Source: an uncultured delta proteobacterium
GTDB taxonomy: Bacteria > Myxococcota_A > Polyangia > Polyangiales > B10-G4
Direction of reading: 5' to 3'
Assembly (NCBI GenBank): GCA_963727445.1
Contig: CAVSGI010000010.1
Span: 1,504,001 to 1,568,000, forward strand
Length of the DNA: 64,000 nucleotides
Position 1 is the first letter of the stretch. Each line of letters opens with the position of its first letter. Below, one piece after another: positions 18,449 through 28,242 of this stretch. A program made the position numbers and the translations under genes. The notes under the pieces were generated by a model that saw nothing but the letters and a program-made list of their open reading frames with translations, searched no databases and had not been told where the DNA came from.

Positions 18449-19762
18449 TCAGCTTCGCGGCGGGATGGCAAGGCCGTGGCGCAAGAGGAGCTTCGCGACA
18501 GGTGAGTCGGGGGCGGAGGCAGCATAGCCGAAAGTCTCTTCCGGGTCGTCCGGATCGCCGCCGAAGAGGGCATAGTGCATGGCTGTCCACCCCTGGTCGT
18601 CGACCGCGTCCAGCTCCGCACCGTGTGTGAGCAGGAGCTCGAGCATCTCGAGATGTTTGCGCGAGGCGGCGACCATCGAGGGCGAGCGCCCATGGCGCTG
18701 ATGGCTCGGGTCCGCTCCGCGGTCGAGCGCGAAGCGGGCGACGTCGATGCGCTTGGCGCGGACCGCGTCGTACAGAGCGCCGTTGGGATTCGGCTCGCGG
18801 TCGAACGCCCACTGAACGCTCGCGATCGGCGCGCCGTAGAGGATGGTCCGCTCCAACATACGCTCGGTACGAGCGCGCCTTTCCCAGAGCAGATCGGCCG
18901 TCTCGGTGTGTGCCCCGCGGAGCGCTTGGAACAGGGGGTCGGACTTCCTCTTCGGGCCGCGGAGCCGCGCGCCCGCGTCGAGCAGACGGCGCACGACGGC
19001 GGTCTGCCCGGTTCGGCTCGCCGCTGACAGCGCAGTCGTGTATCCGTGCGGGTCGGCGTCGTCTGGCGACGCGCCTTCGGACAGGAAGCGCTCGACGGCG
19101 GCGAGATCGCCATCGACCGCCGCATCGATGAGGCGCACGTGGCCGTGCCCGAGCAGCAGTGGGAGGGCCTCGGGCTGCGGATGGAGCGCCACCATCCGAG
19201 CCGTCACCGCATCTTTGGGATCGACGCCCGGGTGCACCCAGTCGGCGCGAGCGCCAGCGGCGAGCAACCGCTCGGTGACCGCCAGGTTGCCCTTTCGCGC
19301 GACTGCGCTCTTCAGTGCCGGGTCGACCGCCATCTCCTCCGGCTTCTTGGCGAGGAGGAGCTCCACCAACTGAAGGTGCCCGTTGTACGCGGCAAGCGCC
19401 AGCGGGCAGAACCCGAAGGCCCCCGCCGGCCGGCGATACTCGTGCAGAAGCACCTCCGCCACCGCCAGGTGGTTGCTCTGCGCGGCGATCGAGAGCGGCA
19501 ACACACCCGCGTATATCTTCTGGTGCGCGTTGGCGCCGTGCAGGAGCAGCAGCGCCGCGAGCTCTGGGTCGTCGTCGTTGGCGGCGAGGTGCAGGCCGCG
19601 GAACTGATTCGGGACGAAACCCGGGGTCGAGAAAGGGCTTCGCGCTCGCCTCGAGCCGATGAGCACGTTCGGATTGGCGCCGAGGCGCAGGAGTCGCTCC
19701 GCCTCCTCGAGGTCATAGTCGAGGATGGCCTGCCGCAAGGCTTGGTCTTCGGCCTGGCCCAT
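18449..19762 (-). CDS. Ankyrin repeat protein
   Basis: Repeated PL.LAAYNGH..LVELLL, TALSAASRTGQ..VVRRLLDAGA, DDQGWTAMHYA. Confidence 0.9.
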   Translation of the reverse strand: MGQAEDQALRQAILDYDLEEAERLLRLGANPNVLIGSRRARSPFSTPGFVPNQFRGLHLAANDDDPELAALLLLHGANAHQKIYAGVLPLSIAAQSNHLAVAEVLLHEYRRPAGAFGFCPLALAAYNGHLQLVELLLAKKPEEMAVDPALKSAVARKGNLAVTERLLAAGARADWVHPGVDPKDAVTARMVALHPQPEALPLLLGHGHVRLIDAAVDGDLAAVERFLSEGASPDDADPHGYTTALSAASRTGQTAVVRRLLDAGARLRGPKRKSDPLFQALRGAHTETADLLWERRARTERMLERTILYGAPIASVQWAFDREPNPNGALYDAVRAKRIDVARFALDRGADPSHQRHGRSPSMVAASRKHLEMLELLLTHGAELDAVDDQGWTAMHYALFGGDPDDPEETFGYAASAPDSPVAKLLLRHGLAIPPRS

Positions 19763-19879
19763 TGCAAGGAGCCAGGATACTCCGCCCTCGCTTCGGCGCT
19801 CGTGGCCCCGTCTCTGGGCCGGCCGAGCGCTGCTCTCGTGCTATGCCGACCGAGGAGGCCCCGGCCGCGCCTGACTCGC

Positions 19880-20962
19880 ATGAGCCAAGACAGAAGCGCC
19901 CATACGTTGCTCGAAGAGATCGCCACCGAGGTGGGCGGTGAAGTGAAGACCCTCGCGCAAAGGCCCGAAGCCGTGGTGCTCCGGCTCAGCGACGGCCGCG
20001 TGCCTCTGCTCGGGCGAGGCCTCGGGGCGACCGTGTCGGTGTGGTGTGCGAATGGCCAGAGCGCGACGTCGGCGCAGGGCCCGCTCGAGCCGCAGCGGAT
20101 CGGCGCCTGGGTTACCGCGTGGGCCCAGCAGAAGTCGGTCTCGACGGTCACCATCCTCGAGCGGATGCTCGACGCGAGGGAGACTCTCGAGGCGGCGTTC
20201 GGTGAGCCCTTTGCAGCGCGCATCACCGCGTGCCCGAAGCCGACGGAGGCGTGGCTCCACCCGCCCGTCTTCGAGGCGGCTGCGGTGGGCGTGCTCGAAG
20301 GTCGCTATCGCGTGGTCGTCGATGGCTCGACCCGTCACGTCTCCGCCGGCTCGCGCTCCGAGCTGGTCGAGGGCCGCGCGACGCTCGTAGATTTGGTGCG
20401 GTCGCAGCGCGCGAGCTACGACCGTCATCGCGCTCAAACCGACGCTCTGCGGGCCCTTGCTGATGGGCTGGTCACACGCCTCGCCGCGCGCTTCGAGGGT
20501 GCGTTCGCCGTCCACGTCGCCGGGCCGCCGGCTTCGCACATCGAGCCGTCGCGACTCAACGTCGCATACGACGGGCGGGTGATCGCAGAGCTCGACGTTC
20601 AGGGTGGTCGGTCCCACGTCGTCACCCAGCTTCGAGGAGAGACTGAGCACTCGGTGTTCGACGCCGACCTCGAAACTACGCTAGAGGCCATCGCCGCCGC
20701 GCTGCAGGCCGAGGCGACCCTCCTCACCCTCGACCGCCTCGAACCCGGCAAACGCTACCGCGTGCGCGCGTCCATCCAAGAGCTCGCCGAAGGCGTGATC
20801 GTCACCTATCGCGGGTTCGACGACATCGACAACCACTACGGCAGCCACGACTTCATGTCGGCCGAGGGCAAGCTCGTCTCGGTGAAGGGTGACTACAGCG
20901 TTCCGCACCACCACCCATTCGCCGCGACCCACCACTATCTCGAAGCGATCGAAAGCTCGTAG
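19880..20962 (+). CDS. Hypothetical protein (360 aa)
   Basis: Coding-like composition from MSQDRS; small C-terminal beta domain (LEPGKRYRV...). Confidence 0.7.
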   Translation: MSQDRSAHTLLEEIATEVGGEVKTLAQRPEAVVLRLSDGRVPLLGRGLGATVSVWCANGQSATSAQGPLEPQRIGAWVTAWAQQKSVSTVTILERMLDARETLEAAFGEPFAARITACPKPTEAWLHPPVFEAAAVGVLEGRYRVVVDGSTRHVSAGSRSELVEGRATLVDLVRSQRASYDRHRAQTDALRALADGLVTRLAARFEGAFAVHVAGPPASHIEPSRLNVAYDGRVIAELDVQGGRSHVVTQLRGETEHSVFDADLETTLEAIAAALQAEATLLTLDRLEPGKRYRVRASIQELAEGVIVTYRGFDDIDNHYGSHDFMSAEGKLVSVKGDYSVPHHHPFAATHHYLEAIESS

Positions 20963-20989
20963 CGCTCAGCGGTCGAGTGCACCACGCAC

Positions 20990-21217
20990 AGGGGACGCTA
21001 GATTGACAATTGACTTCTGCCTTCGGGACCACCACGCACAGGGGACGCTAGATTGACAATTGACTTCTGCCTTCGGGACCACCGCCCGGAAGTCAATTGT
21101 CAATCTAGCGTCCCCTCAGCACGAGTACGGCTACACGCACAGGGGACGCTAGATTGACAATTGACTTCTGCCTTCGGGACCACCGCCCGGAAGTCAATTG
21201 TCAATCTAGCGTCCCCT
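20990..21217. repeat. Cluster of palindromic REP/MITE-like elements: one truncated copy (starts 20990) plus two complete 77-bp copies (21040-21116, 21141-21217)
   Basis: Perfect 28-bp inverted arms AGGGGACGCTAGATTGACAATTGACTTC / GAAGTCAATTGTCAATCTAGCGTCCCCT around a 21-nt loop; lies between convergent genes. Confidence 0.92.
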
Positions 21218-21855
21218 CAGTGGAGCTCGCGGGTGAAGAGCTCTTCCAGGCGCTGGATGAAGTCGGCGACATCGAGGATCACTTCGGCGTCCACGGGCTC
21301 GGCGAGATGAACGCCCGTCGAGATCTGGTCGGACTCGACGCGGATGTAACTGAGCCCGAGCGAGCGCATCGTCTCGAGGATCTTGGCGTTGACGCGCAGC
21401 TCCCACCCTTCGAGGGTCGCGTTCGGATGGCCGTCGATGATCAGGCCGCCCCCCTCGGCCGGCACCACCGTGCGGCTCATGTACGGCTCCCGTGCACGGC
21501 CCGCGAGGGGCGCGCTGAGGAGGGTTGCGATCGGCGAGAGCGTCGTCGTGGACATGCGCCGCACACGAACCGTTCGGTCAGCGACGAGAACATCGGTGCG
21601 TCGATCCGTTGGCAGCGCGAAAAACCACCAGCGTGCCGAACCGTCCTCGATGAGGGAGGGCTTCGCCGCCGCCAGATCCGCCGCGAGGCGAATTGCCAAA
21701 GCATCGTCGGGCGGGGGCGGGTTCGAGACGTAGATCAGCCAGCTCATGAGAGCGGCGAAGGTGACGAAGGCGAGGACTCCCCAGATCATGGTGGTGGTGA
21801 CTCGCTTCACTTTGGCACGAGTCGGCGTTTCGATCAGCTTCCCACCCGCTATCAT
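21217..21855 (-). CDS. Hypothetical membrane-anchored protein (start uncertain)
   Basis: TM segment IWGVLAFVTFAALMSWLIYV followed by soluble domain. Confidence 0.65.
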   Translation of the reverse strand: MIAGGKLIETPTRAKVKRVTTTMIWGVLAFVTFAALMSWLIYVSNPPPPDDALAIRLAADLAAAKPSLIEDGSARWWFFALPTDRRTDVLVADRTVRVRRMSTTTLSPIATLLSAPLAGRAREPYMSRTVVPAEGGGLIIDGHPNATLEGWELRVNAKILETMRSLGLSYIRVESDQISTGVHLAEPVDAEVILDVADFIQRLEELFTRELH

Positions 21856-21861
21856 CTACCG

Positions 21862-22167
21862 GTGGCCCCACGGACGCCCGAAACCCTCACCGAGTTCATC
21901 AAGCGCCTGACCCAGGCGATCGAAGAGGAGCGCGACGAGGTGCGTTTCGGGCAACACCACTTCAGCCACGCCATCTGCATGGAGGACGGCCGCTTCCGAG
22001 TCCGCCGTCTAGAGTCGACTCCGGAGGAGGTAGAGGCCTTCCGGAAAGAGCACGGCTACTTCATGCCGGAGAATCTGGAAGAGATCAGCAAGCCCGGAGA
22101 GCTGGTGCACGAGGCAGAGAACCTCGTCAATCTGCAGGCATGGCTGACCTCTCGCTGGCCGCTCTGA
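21862..22167 (+). CDS. Hypothetical protein (101 aa)
   Basis: C-terminal part of ORF 21154-22167 has natural composition; TATCAT 6 nt before GTG 21862. Confidence 0.65.
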   Translation: MAPRTPETLTEFIKRLTQAIEEERDEVRFGQHHFSHAICMEDGRFRVRRLESTPEEVEAFRKEHGYFMPENLEEISKPGELVHEAENLVNLQAWLTSRWPL

Positions 22168-22254
22168 CCGGCGCGCCGCGTCGCTGGTAGAATCGCGGGC
22201 GAAGTGTCGACCGCCGATTCGAGTTCCCGATCCCCCGGCCGCTACGATCCGACC

Positions 22255-23046
22255 ATGCGCGTGCGTCGGATGGACTTCGCGTTCCCGCACGAGGACGCAC
22301 ACACCTGGACGCAGGACGACGCGGTATTGAAGTGTCTCCTCGGCGCCCTCTCGGTCGCGTTCCCGCCGGGCGAGCGCTTCTTCATCGAGTCCGTGCGTCA
22401 CTTCCTTCCGGGGATCGAGGACGACACGCTCCGCGCGCAGATCAAGTCCTTCATCGGCCAGGAAGCCAACCACACGAAGGAACACCTGGTCTTCAACGAG
22501 TTCCTCGAGCGCGCCGGCTTCCCCGCGAAGAAGATGGAGGCCTGGGTCACGCGCCGCATCGATCGCATCAAGTCGATGTCGCGCCCCGAGGCCAACCTCG
22601 CGCGTACCGCCGCCCTCGAGCACTTCACGGCGATCCTGGCGAGCGTCTTCCTCGAAAACCCCGAGCTCCTCGACCGGCTCACGCCCGAGGAAGCACGGCT
22701 CTGGGCGTGGCACGCGATCGAGGAGATCGAGCACCGATCCGTCGCCTTCGACGTGTTCGAACAGGCGGTGGATGACGAACGGCTCCGCATCCTCGCCATC
22801 AAGGCGGTCACCGGCATCTTCGTGACCCTCGTCTCCTTCCGGACCCTGCTCTTCATGCACGCTGCCGGCCGCCTCTTCGACACGCGCGCCGCGCTTCAAG
22901 GCTTCGACCTCCTCTGGGGACGCGCGGGGCTGCTCCGCAAGGTACTCCCCCACTACCTCGCGTATTACCGCCCGGACTTCCATCCATCGCAGTACGACAA
23001 CGAGCGCTTCGTCGAACGGGCGAAGGCGCGCTACGCGATCGAATGA
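22255..23046 (+). CDS. Predicted metal-dependent hydrolase (PF10118-like)
   Basis: LSVAFPPGERFFIESVR, FIGQEANHTKEH, ALEHFTA, WHAIEEIEHRSVAFDV, YYRPDFHP. Confidence 0.9.
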   Translation: MRVRRMDFAFPHEDAHTWTQDDAVLKCLLGALSVAFPPGERFFIESVRHFLPGIEDDTLRAQIKSFIGQEANHTKEHLVFNEFLERAGFPAKKMEAWVTRRIDRIKSMSRPEANLARTAALEHFTAILASVFLENPELLDRLTPEEARLWAWHAIEEIEHRSVAFDVFEQAVDDERLRILAIKAVTGIFVTLVSFRTLLFMHAAGRLFDTRAALQGFDLLWGRAGLLRKVLPHYLAYYRPDFHPSQYDNERFVERAKARYAIE

Positions 23047-23717
23047 ACGTCGTCATCTTCGGAGCGAGCGGACTCATCGGCCAGGGTGTGCTTCTGGAAT
23101 CGCTGGACCATCACACCATCGAGCGGGTGGTGACCGTCGGCCGCCGCCCCAGCGAGATCGCGCACGACAAGCTCGAACACGTCGTTCACTCGGACTTCAT
23201 GGACCTCTCCCCCATCGCCGACCGGCTCGAGGGACTCGACGCGTGCTTCTGGTGCCTCGGCGTCTCCTCGGCGGGCATGAGCGAAGCCGACTACGCCCGC
23301 GTGACCTACGACTACACGGTCGCCGCCGGCGACCTGCTCCACGAGAAGAACCCGGACCTCTGTTTCTGTTTCGTCTCCGGCGCCGGCACCGACGACACGG
23401 AGAAGGGCCGGACCATGTGGGCGCGCGTCAAAGGCAAGGCCGAGAACTACGTGAAGCGCACCTTCGAAAAGAGCTACCTCTTCCGCCCCGGCTACATCCG
23501 GCCGATGCGCGGCGCGCGCTCGCGGACCATGCTCTATCGCGCGGCGAGTCCGCTGCTCTTCGCCGTGAACCCACTCCTCCGCGCCACCAACATGGCGACG
23601 TCGACGGTGGAGATGGGCAAGGCGATGATCGCCGCCGCGAGCGGCCTCGGCGAAAAGCAGATCCTCGACTCGAAGGACATCAATGCCCTCGCCGCGAAGC
23701 TCGACGACAGCGCCTGA
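23043..23717 (+). CDS. NAD(P)-binding epimerase/dehydratase-like (atypical SDR) protein
   Basis: VVIFGASGLIGQGV Rossmann motif; DACFWCLG, YARVTYDY, WARVKGKAEN. Confidence 0.88.
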   Translation: MNVVIFGASGLIGQGVLLESLDHHTIERVVTVGRRPSEIAHDKLEHVVHSDFMDLSPIADRLEGLDACFWCLGVSSAGMSEADYARVTYDYTVAAGDLLHEKNPDLCFCFVSGAGTDDTEKGRTMWARVKGKAENYVKRTFEKSYLFRPGYIRPMRGARSRTMLYRAASPLLFAVNPLLRATNMATSTVEMGKAMIAAASGLGEKQILDSKDINALAAKLDDSA

Positions 23718-23762
23718 GAGGCCCCACGAGTGCGCCGCGTCAACGCGTGCTAGACCTCCGAG

Positions 23763-24224
23763 GTGAGCGCGCGCGCCGAGTGGGAGAAGCACCCCAACAT
23801 CCACGGGATGGCGGGGTTCTTGCTGCACATCCACGACTCCTTCCGGCGCACCTCCGCCGAGCTCGTCACCCTCTCTGGCGCCGGGGCCGACGCCCTGCCG
23901 CGCATGCGGCGCCTGTTCAGCCCGCTCCTTCACACACTCCACCACCATCATCTGATCGAAGAGCAGTCGCTCTTTCCGCTGGTGCGCACACAGACGGGCG
24001 ACCATCCCGCGCTCCTGGTCGAGGAGCACGGCACGATGATGAGCCGCCTGGGCGAGGTCGCCGAGGCCCTGAAGAACGACGACGTGGACGAGATCGCGCG
24101 GCTCATGCGCCTCCTCGACGAGGAGCTCGTCGCGCATCTCGCGGCCGAGGAAGCGATCGCCATCCCGGTGCTCCTCGAGCTCACCCACGCGGAGGCGACG
24201 CGCCTCCTCTACGGCATCACCTGA
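23763..24224 (+). CDS. Hemerythrin (HHE) domain protein
   Basis: IHDSFR, HHHLIEEQSLFP, EEH, AHLAAEE. Confidence 0.85.
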   Translation: MSARAEWEKHPNIHGMAGFLLHIHDSFRRTSAELVTLSGAGADALPRMRRLFSPLLHTLHHHHLIEEQSLFPLVRTQTGDHPALLVEEHGTMMSRLGEVAEALKNDDVDEIARLMRLLDEELVAHLAAEEAIAIPVLLELTHAEATRLLYGIT

Positions 24225-24237
24225 GAGCCAGCGGGCG

Positions 24238-25200
24238 ATGAAGGCACTCCTCGTCGGCGCGGGCGCGGTCGGTCAGGTCTACGCGCGTCATCTCGCGCTC
24301 GCCGGCGTCGACGTCTCTTTCCTCGTCAAACCCAAGCACGCGGAAGAGGCGCGCCGCGGCTTCACCATGTACCCGCTGAGGAAGCGCGACCGATACGACC
24401 CGGTGGAGCTCCGCGTGAAGCAGGTGCTCACCAGCCTGGACGAGGCCGGGGCAGCGCGGTGGGATCAGGTGTGGCTCTGCCTTCCGACGGACGCGATCGA
24501 GGCGGAGGGTTATCTGTCGTCGCTCGCCGCTGCGATCGGAGAGGCGACCCTCGTGTACCTGCAGCCAGGCGGGCACGTCCCGGCGCGAATGCGGGCGCAC
24601 TTTGCCGAGGCGCGCCTCGTCGCGGGCGCGATCGGCATGGTGTCCTACTACGCGCCTCTCGGCGACGAGGAGGTGCCAAAGCCCGGGGTGGCCTACGCCT
24701 TTCCCCTCGGCAGCAAGACGCAGTTCAGCGGCGCGCGGGCGCACGAGGCGGCGGATCCCCTTCGACGCGGCGGCTGCCCAGCCAAAGTGGTGCGCGACGC
24801 GCGGGTGATGCTCTCGAAGACCGGGGCGATCATCCAACCCTTCGTCGTCTCTCTCGAAGGCGCCGGCTGGCGCTTCGCCGCGCTGTCGAAGAGCGCCCTG
24901 TTGCCGATCGCGCTCCGCGCGATGCGCCAGACCCTGCCCATCGCGGCCGCTCTCGGTGGCTACCGTGCCCCCGCCGCCCGTTTGCTGATCCGGCCTTTCG
25001 TCGCCCGCATCGCCCTGAAGATCGCGCCGTTCCTCGCGACCTTCGACTTCGAGCGCTATCTCCAGGTGCATTTCAGCAAGGTCGGCGCGCAGACGCGCCT
25101 CCTGCTCCCGAGCTACGTCAGCGAGGGCAAGCGCCTGGGCCTGCCGGCCGACGCCGTAACGCAACTGGCCGAGGCGGTCTTCGGCGCCGGAGAGGGTTAG
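24238..25200 (+). CDS. Ketopantoate reductase (PanE/ApbA) family protein
   Basis: MKALLVGAGAVGQVYARHL..AG.DVSFLV Rossmann N-terminus; typical length. Confidence 0.7.
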   Translation: MKALLVGAGAVGQVYARHLALAGVDVSFLVKPKHAEEARRGFTMYPLRKRDRYDPVELRVKQVLTSLDEAGAARWDQVWLCLPTDAIEAEGYLSSLAAAIGEATLVYLQPGGHVPARMRAHFAEARLVAGAIGMVSYYAPLGDEEVPKPGVAYAFPLGSKTQFSGARAHEAADPLRRGGCPAKVVRDARVMLSKTGAIIQPFVVSLEGAGWRFAALSKSALLPIALRAMRQTLPIAAALGGYRAPAARLLIRPFVARIALKIAPFLATFDFERYLQVHFSKVGAQTRLLLPSYVSEGKRLGLPADAVTQLAEAVFGAGEG

Positions 25201-25234
25201 ACGCGCGCGCGGATCAGGCACTAACCTCCCGCGC

Positions 25235-25828
25235 ATGAAGCAGCTCCATCGCAACGATCTCTTCGGCTGGTCGGTCTTCGACGAGGCGCGAAACCTCGAC
25301 TTTCACGGAACGTACTGGGCGAAGCACGGCGGTGTGCTCGTCGATCCGGTGGCGATGAGCGAACACGATCGCGACCACGTGAAGTCCCTCGGCGGTGCGA
25401 CCACCATCGTCGTCACGAACTCCGACCACCTCCGCGCCGCACGCGAGCTGACCGAGGTCTTCGGCGCGTCGATCGCGGGGCCGCGCGCGGAGAAAGACGC
25501 GCGCCAGCTCGCGGGTGCGCGGCTCCTCGCCGACGGAGACGAGGTCGTGCCCGGCCTGGTGGCCATCGAGCTCCACGGCTCCAAGACCCCCGGCGAGCTC
25601 GCCCTCGTCCTCGAGGGCTCGACGCTCATCACGGGTGATCTGGTCCGGGGGCACGTCGGGGGTCGCCTCGCCATCCTGCCGGAGCCCAAGCTCCGAGACC
25701 CCGCCGCGGCCCGCGCCTCGATCGCACGCCTCGCGGAGCTCGAGGGCATCGAGGCGGTCATCGTGGGCGACGGCTGGCACGTCTTCACGGATGGCGGCAC
25801 GGCGCTCCGCGCGCTCGTCCCGCGCTGA
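25235..25828 (+). CDS. MBL-fold metallo-hydrolase
   Basis: VLVDP, VTNSDHLRA, GSKTPGE, LITGD, VGDGW. Confidence 0.8.
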   Translation: MKQLHRNDLFGWSVFDEARNLDFHGTYWAKHGGVLVDPVAMSEHDRDHVKSLGGATTIVVTNSDHLRAARELTEVFGASIAGPRAEKDARQLAGARLLADGDEVVPGLVAIELHGSKTPGELALVLEGSTLITGDLVRGHVGGRLAILPEPKLRDPAAARASIARLAELEGIEAVIVGDGWHVFTDGGTALRALVPR

Positions 25829-25870
25829 GGGCGGCTGGGCTCTCCCTCCCCCGAGGCTTATGCTCGCACC

Positions 25871-26371
25871 ATGAACTGCGAGCACTGTGGCCGGAACCTC
25901 ACCGCCGACGAGATGCGCGGTGAGTCCTGTCGCTACTGCGGCACCGTGCTGCCTCATCGTGCGCGCGCCATGGAGAAGGCGGCGGTGGTGAAAGAGATCC
26001 TCGCCGACGCCGATGGCGACGGGATCCCCGACATCATGCAGCAGCTCGGCAGCGCTGGCGGCGGCGCGCAGGTGCTGTCGAGCGGCGTGGTCGTGACCAG
26101 CAGCACCACCACCACCGCCACGGTGACGAGCGGCGGCTCCGTGCGCCAGCTCTCGGACGAGGAGGCGAATCGGATGCTCGCGGAATTCGGTTTCAGCGGC
26201 CCGGTGGGCGCGTCCAACACCATCGGCGTCGGCTCGGCGGTCCTCGTCACCTGGGCCGATGGCAACCGCTACCCGGGACAGGTGGTCGGCGTGCGCGAAG
26301 GCGAATTCGAAGTGCGATTCGGCGACGGTCGCGTCCTGTGGGTGGGCGCGACGTACGTAGCGCGTAGCTAG
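25871..26371 (+). CDS. Hypothetical protein with N-terminal zinc ribbon and C-terminal Tudor/SH3-like domain
   Basis: CEHCG...CRYCG; VGSAVLVTWADGNRYPGQV...FEVRFGDGRVLWV. Confidence 0.75.
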   Translation: MNCEHCGRNLTADEMRGESCRYCGTVLPHRARAMEKAAVVKEILADADGDGIPDIMQQLGSAGGGAQVLSSGVVVTSSTTTTATVTSGGSVRQLSDEEANRMLAEFGFSGPVGASNTIGVGSAVLVTWADGNRYPGQVVGVREGEFEVRFGDGRVLWVGATYVARS

Positions 26372-26377
26372 CGATAG

Positions 26378-27649
26378 CTAAGGCACGTCCGACGCGAGGC
26401 GGGTCATGTCGGCGCGGGTCGTGCCGGCGGGGAAGCGGGCGAGGTAGCGCTCCGCGACGGCGCGGGTGTCGGCGCGACGGCCGAGCGCTTCGAGGGCGCG
26501 GGCCCGCAGCGCCAGGCCGCGCTCTTCGAAGGGCGAGCCTTCGCCGTCGACGGAGGCTGCGTCGAGGGACGCGAGGGCGCCGGCCGGGTCGGAGAGATCC
26601 GCGAAGCGTATCGAGGCGGCGCGGAAGCCGGCGCCGACGTGTGCGGCGCCTGGTGACACGGCGACGCGATCGTAGACGGGCGCCGCTTCGGCGAAGCGCC
26701 TGAGGGCGCGGAGCGCATCCGCTTCGACGAGGCGATAGGCGAGGTCGCCCGGGCGCTCGGCGAGCGCGCGCCGCGCGGCGAGGAGGGCGGCTTCGGGATT
26801 GCCCGCAGCGATCATCGCCTGGGCTCGTTCCACCGTCGGAGGCGACTCGCGACGCGGGGTGGGAATCGGGGCGGTCACCGCCGGCTCCGCAAGCGCCACG
26901 ACAGGCTCCGCCGGAGCCGCTTCCTCCGGGCGCGGCGCGACGGACGCACGCGCCTCGGCGGCGCGACGGCCGCGCGCGGACAGACGCGCATCCGGCCCGA
27001 AGTCCGTGCCGCTGCTCCACGACTCGCCCTGCGTCAACAGCCGCGGCGCCGCGCCGGCCTCGCCGTCGCGCAGCACCTCGACGCGTCCTTCGTAAACGCG
27101 CACCGTCGTGCCGTCCTCGCGCGCGTCCACAGAGAAGATGGTGCCGAGGACGCGCACCCGGAGATCCCGCGTCTCGACCTCGAAGGTGGCGCCGTCGCCG
27201 AGTCGGGCGACGTCGAAGAGCATCGCGCCGCGGCTCAGGCTGACGCGTCGCTCGGTGTCCGTCATCGACAGCAGCTCGAAGCGGCTGCCTTCGACGGCGG
27301 TGATCCGGTCGCCGCTCGGAAGCGCGAGCTCCATCGGGTCGGCGTGCGCCGGCACCGTTTCGCCCGCCGCGCTCTCGGGCGCCGCCGGCGGAGCGGCGGC
27401 CTGCCCGGCGCTATCGCCCGAAGTCACCCACGCGAGCGTCACGAGCGCCGCGAGCGCCGCCGCGGTCGCCGCGCTCGTCGCCATCACCCAGCGCTGGCGC
27501 CGTCTCGCTCCACGGGCCCGCGCCCCGAGGGTCGCCTGGCGGATCATGCGGCGCGCGTCGGTGTCGTCGAGCGCCTCGGCTTCCGTCTCGCGCGCCAGCG
27601 CTGTCAGGGCTCCGAGGGTGCGCTCCTCGCGTTCGGAGAGCGGCTTCAC
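26378..27649 (-). CDS. FecR-domain anti-sigma factor with C-terminal TPR-like region
   Basis: TM helix; L..GAMLFDV, F.VET..LRVRVLGT.FSV, VRVYEGRVEV; YLARFPAG; overlaps sigma gene stop. Confidence 0.88.
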   Translation of the reverse strand: MKPLSEREERTLGALTALARETEAEALDDTDARRMIRQATLGARARGARRRQRWVMATSAATAAALAALVTLAWVTSGDSAGQAAAPPAAPESAAGETVPAHADPMELALPSGDRITAVEGSRFELLSMTDTERRVSLSRGAMLFDVARLGDGATFEVETRDLRVRVLGTIFSVDAREDGTTVRVYEGRVEVLRDGEAGAAPRLLTQGESWSSGTDFGPDARLSARGRRAAEARASVAPRPEEAAPAEPVVALAEPAVTAPIPTPRRESPPTVERAQAMIAAGNPEAALLAARRALAERPGDLAYRLVEADALRALRRFAEAAPVYDRVAVSPGAAHVGAGFRAASIRFADLSDPAGALASLDAASVDGEGSPFEERGLALRARALEALGRRADTRAVAERYLARFPAGTTRADMTRLASDVP

Positions 27650-28242
27650 GACGGCACCTCTTCGCCCAGGAGCGCAGACACGTATGGGTCGGCGCTCAGC
27701 ATCCGCGCGACCTCGCGGCGAGCGTGCATCAAGCGTGACCGCATGGCGCTGGCGCGCGTGCCCACGACCATCGCGGCCTCGAGCGGGCTCAGGCCTTCGA
27801 TGGCGCAGAGCACGAACGCGACGCGGCGCTTCTTCGGCAGCTTGTCGAGGCAGCGATAGAGCCGGCGCAGCGCCTCGCGGCTCATGGCGCGTGACTCGGG
27901 ATCGATCGTGTCCGGCGGCGGCGGCACCAGCTCGATCGAGGTCTCGCGCGGCGCGCGCCGGAAGTAGCGATACGCGACCCGGAGCGCGATCTTGCGCGCA
28001 AAGGTCTCGAGCGATGCGCGCCCCTCGTAGCGCGGAAGCGCATCTGCGATCGCGAAGAGCGCGTCCTGCACCGCGTCGTCGAGGTCGGCGCGCGGGCCGA
28101 GGAGGCGGTGCAGGAGCCGACGAACACCGGGCATGAGCTCGGCGAGCACCTCCTCGACCACTTCGCGCTCCCCGGCGCGAATGGCTTCGTGGCGTGGGTC
28201 GACCACGGCGGGTGCGACCAGTCGCAGCACCGCAGCGATCAT
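27646..28242 (-). CDS. ECF-type RNA polymerase sigma factor
   Basis: DLDDAVQDAL, RYEGRASLETF; region 4 LDKLPKKRRVAFVL..IEGLS..EAA...SRL..AR. Confidence 0.92.
   Translation of the reverse strand: MIAAVLRLVAPAVVDPRHEAIRAGEREVVEEVLAELMPGVRRLLHRLLGPRADLDDAVQDALFAIADALPRYEGRASLETFARKIALRVAYRYFRRAPRETSIELVPPPPDTIDPESRAMSREALRRLYRCLDKLPKKRRVAFVLCAIEGLSPLEAAMVVGTRASAMRSRLMHARREVARMLSADPYVSALLGEEVPS

Noticed and set aside
20990..21217. Possible CRISPR array (28-bp repeats with short spacers)
   Set aside because: Repeats occur in both orientations as hairpin arms, the intervening sequences are identical rather than unique, and no cas genes are in the window.
21154..21861. N-terminal extension of ORF 21154-22167 starting inside the hairpin repeat
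   Set aside because: It translates the repeat and the antisense of 21217-21855. Only the last 101 codons look coding.
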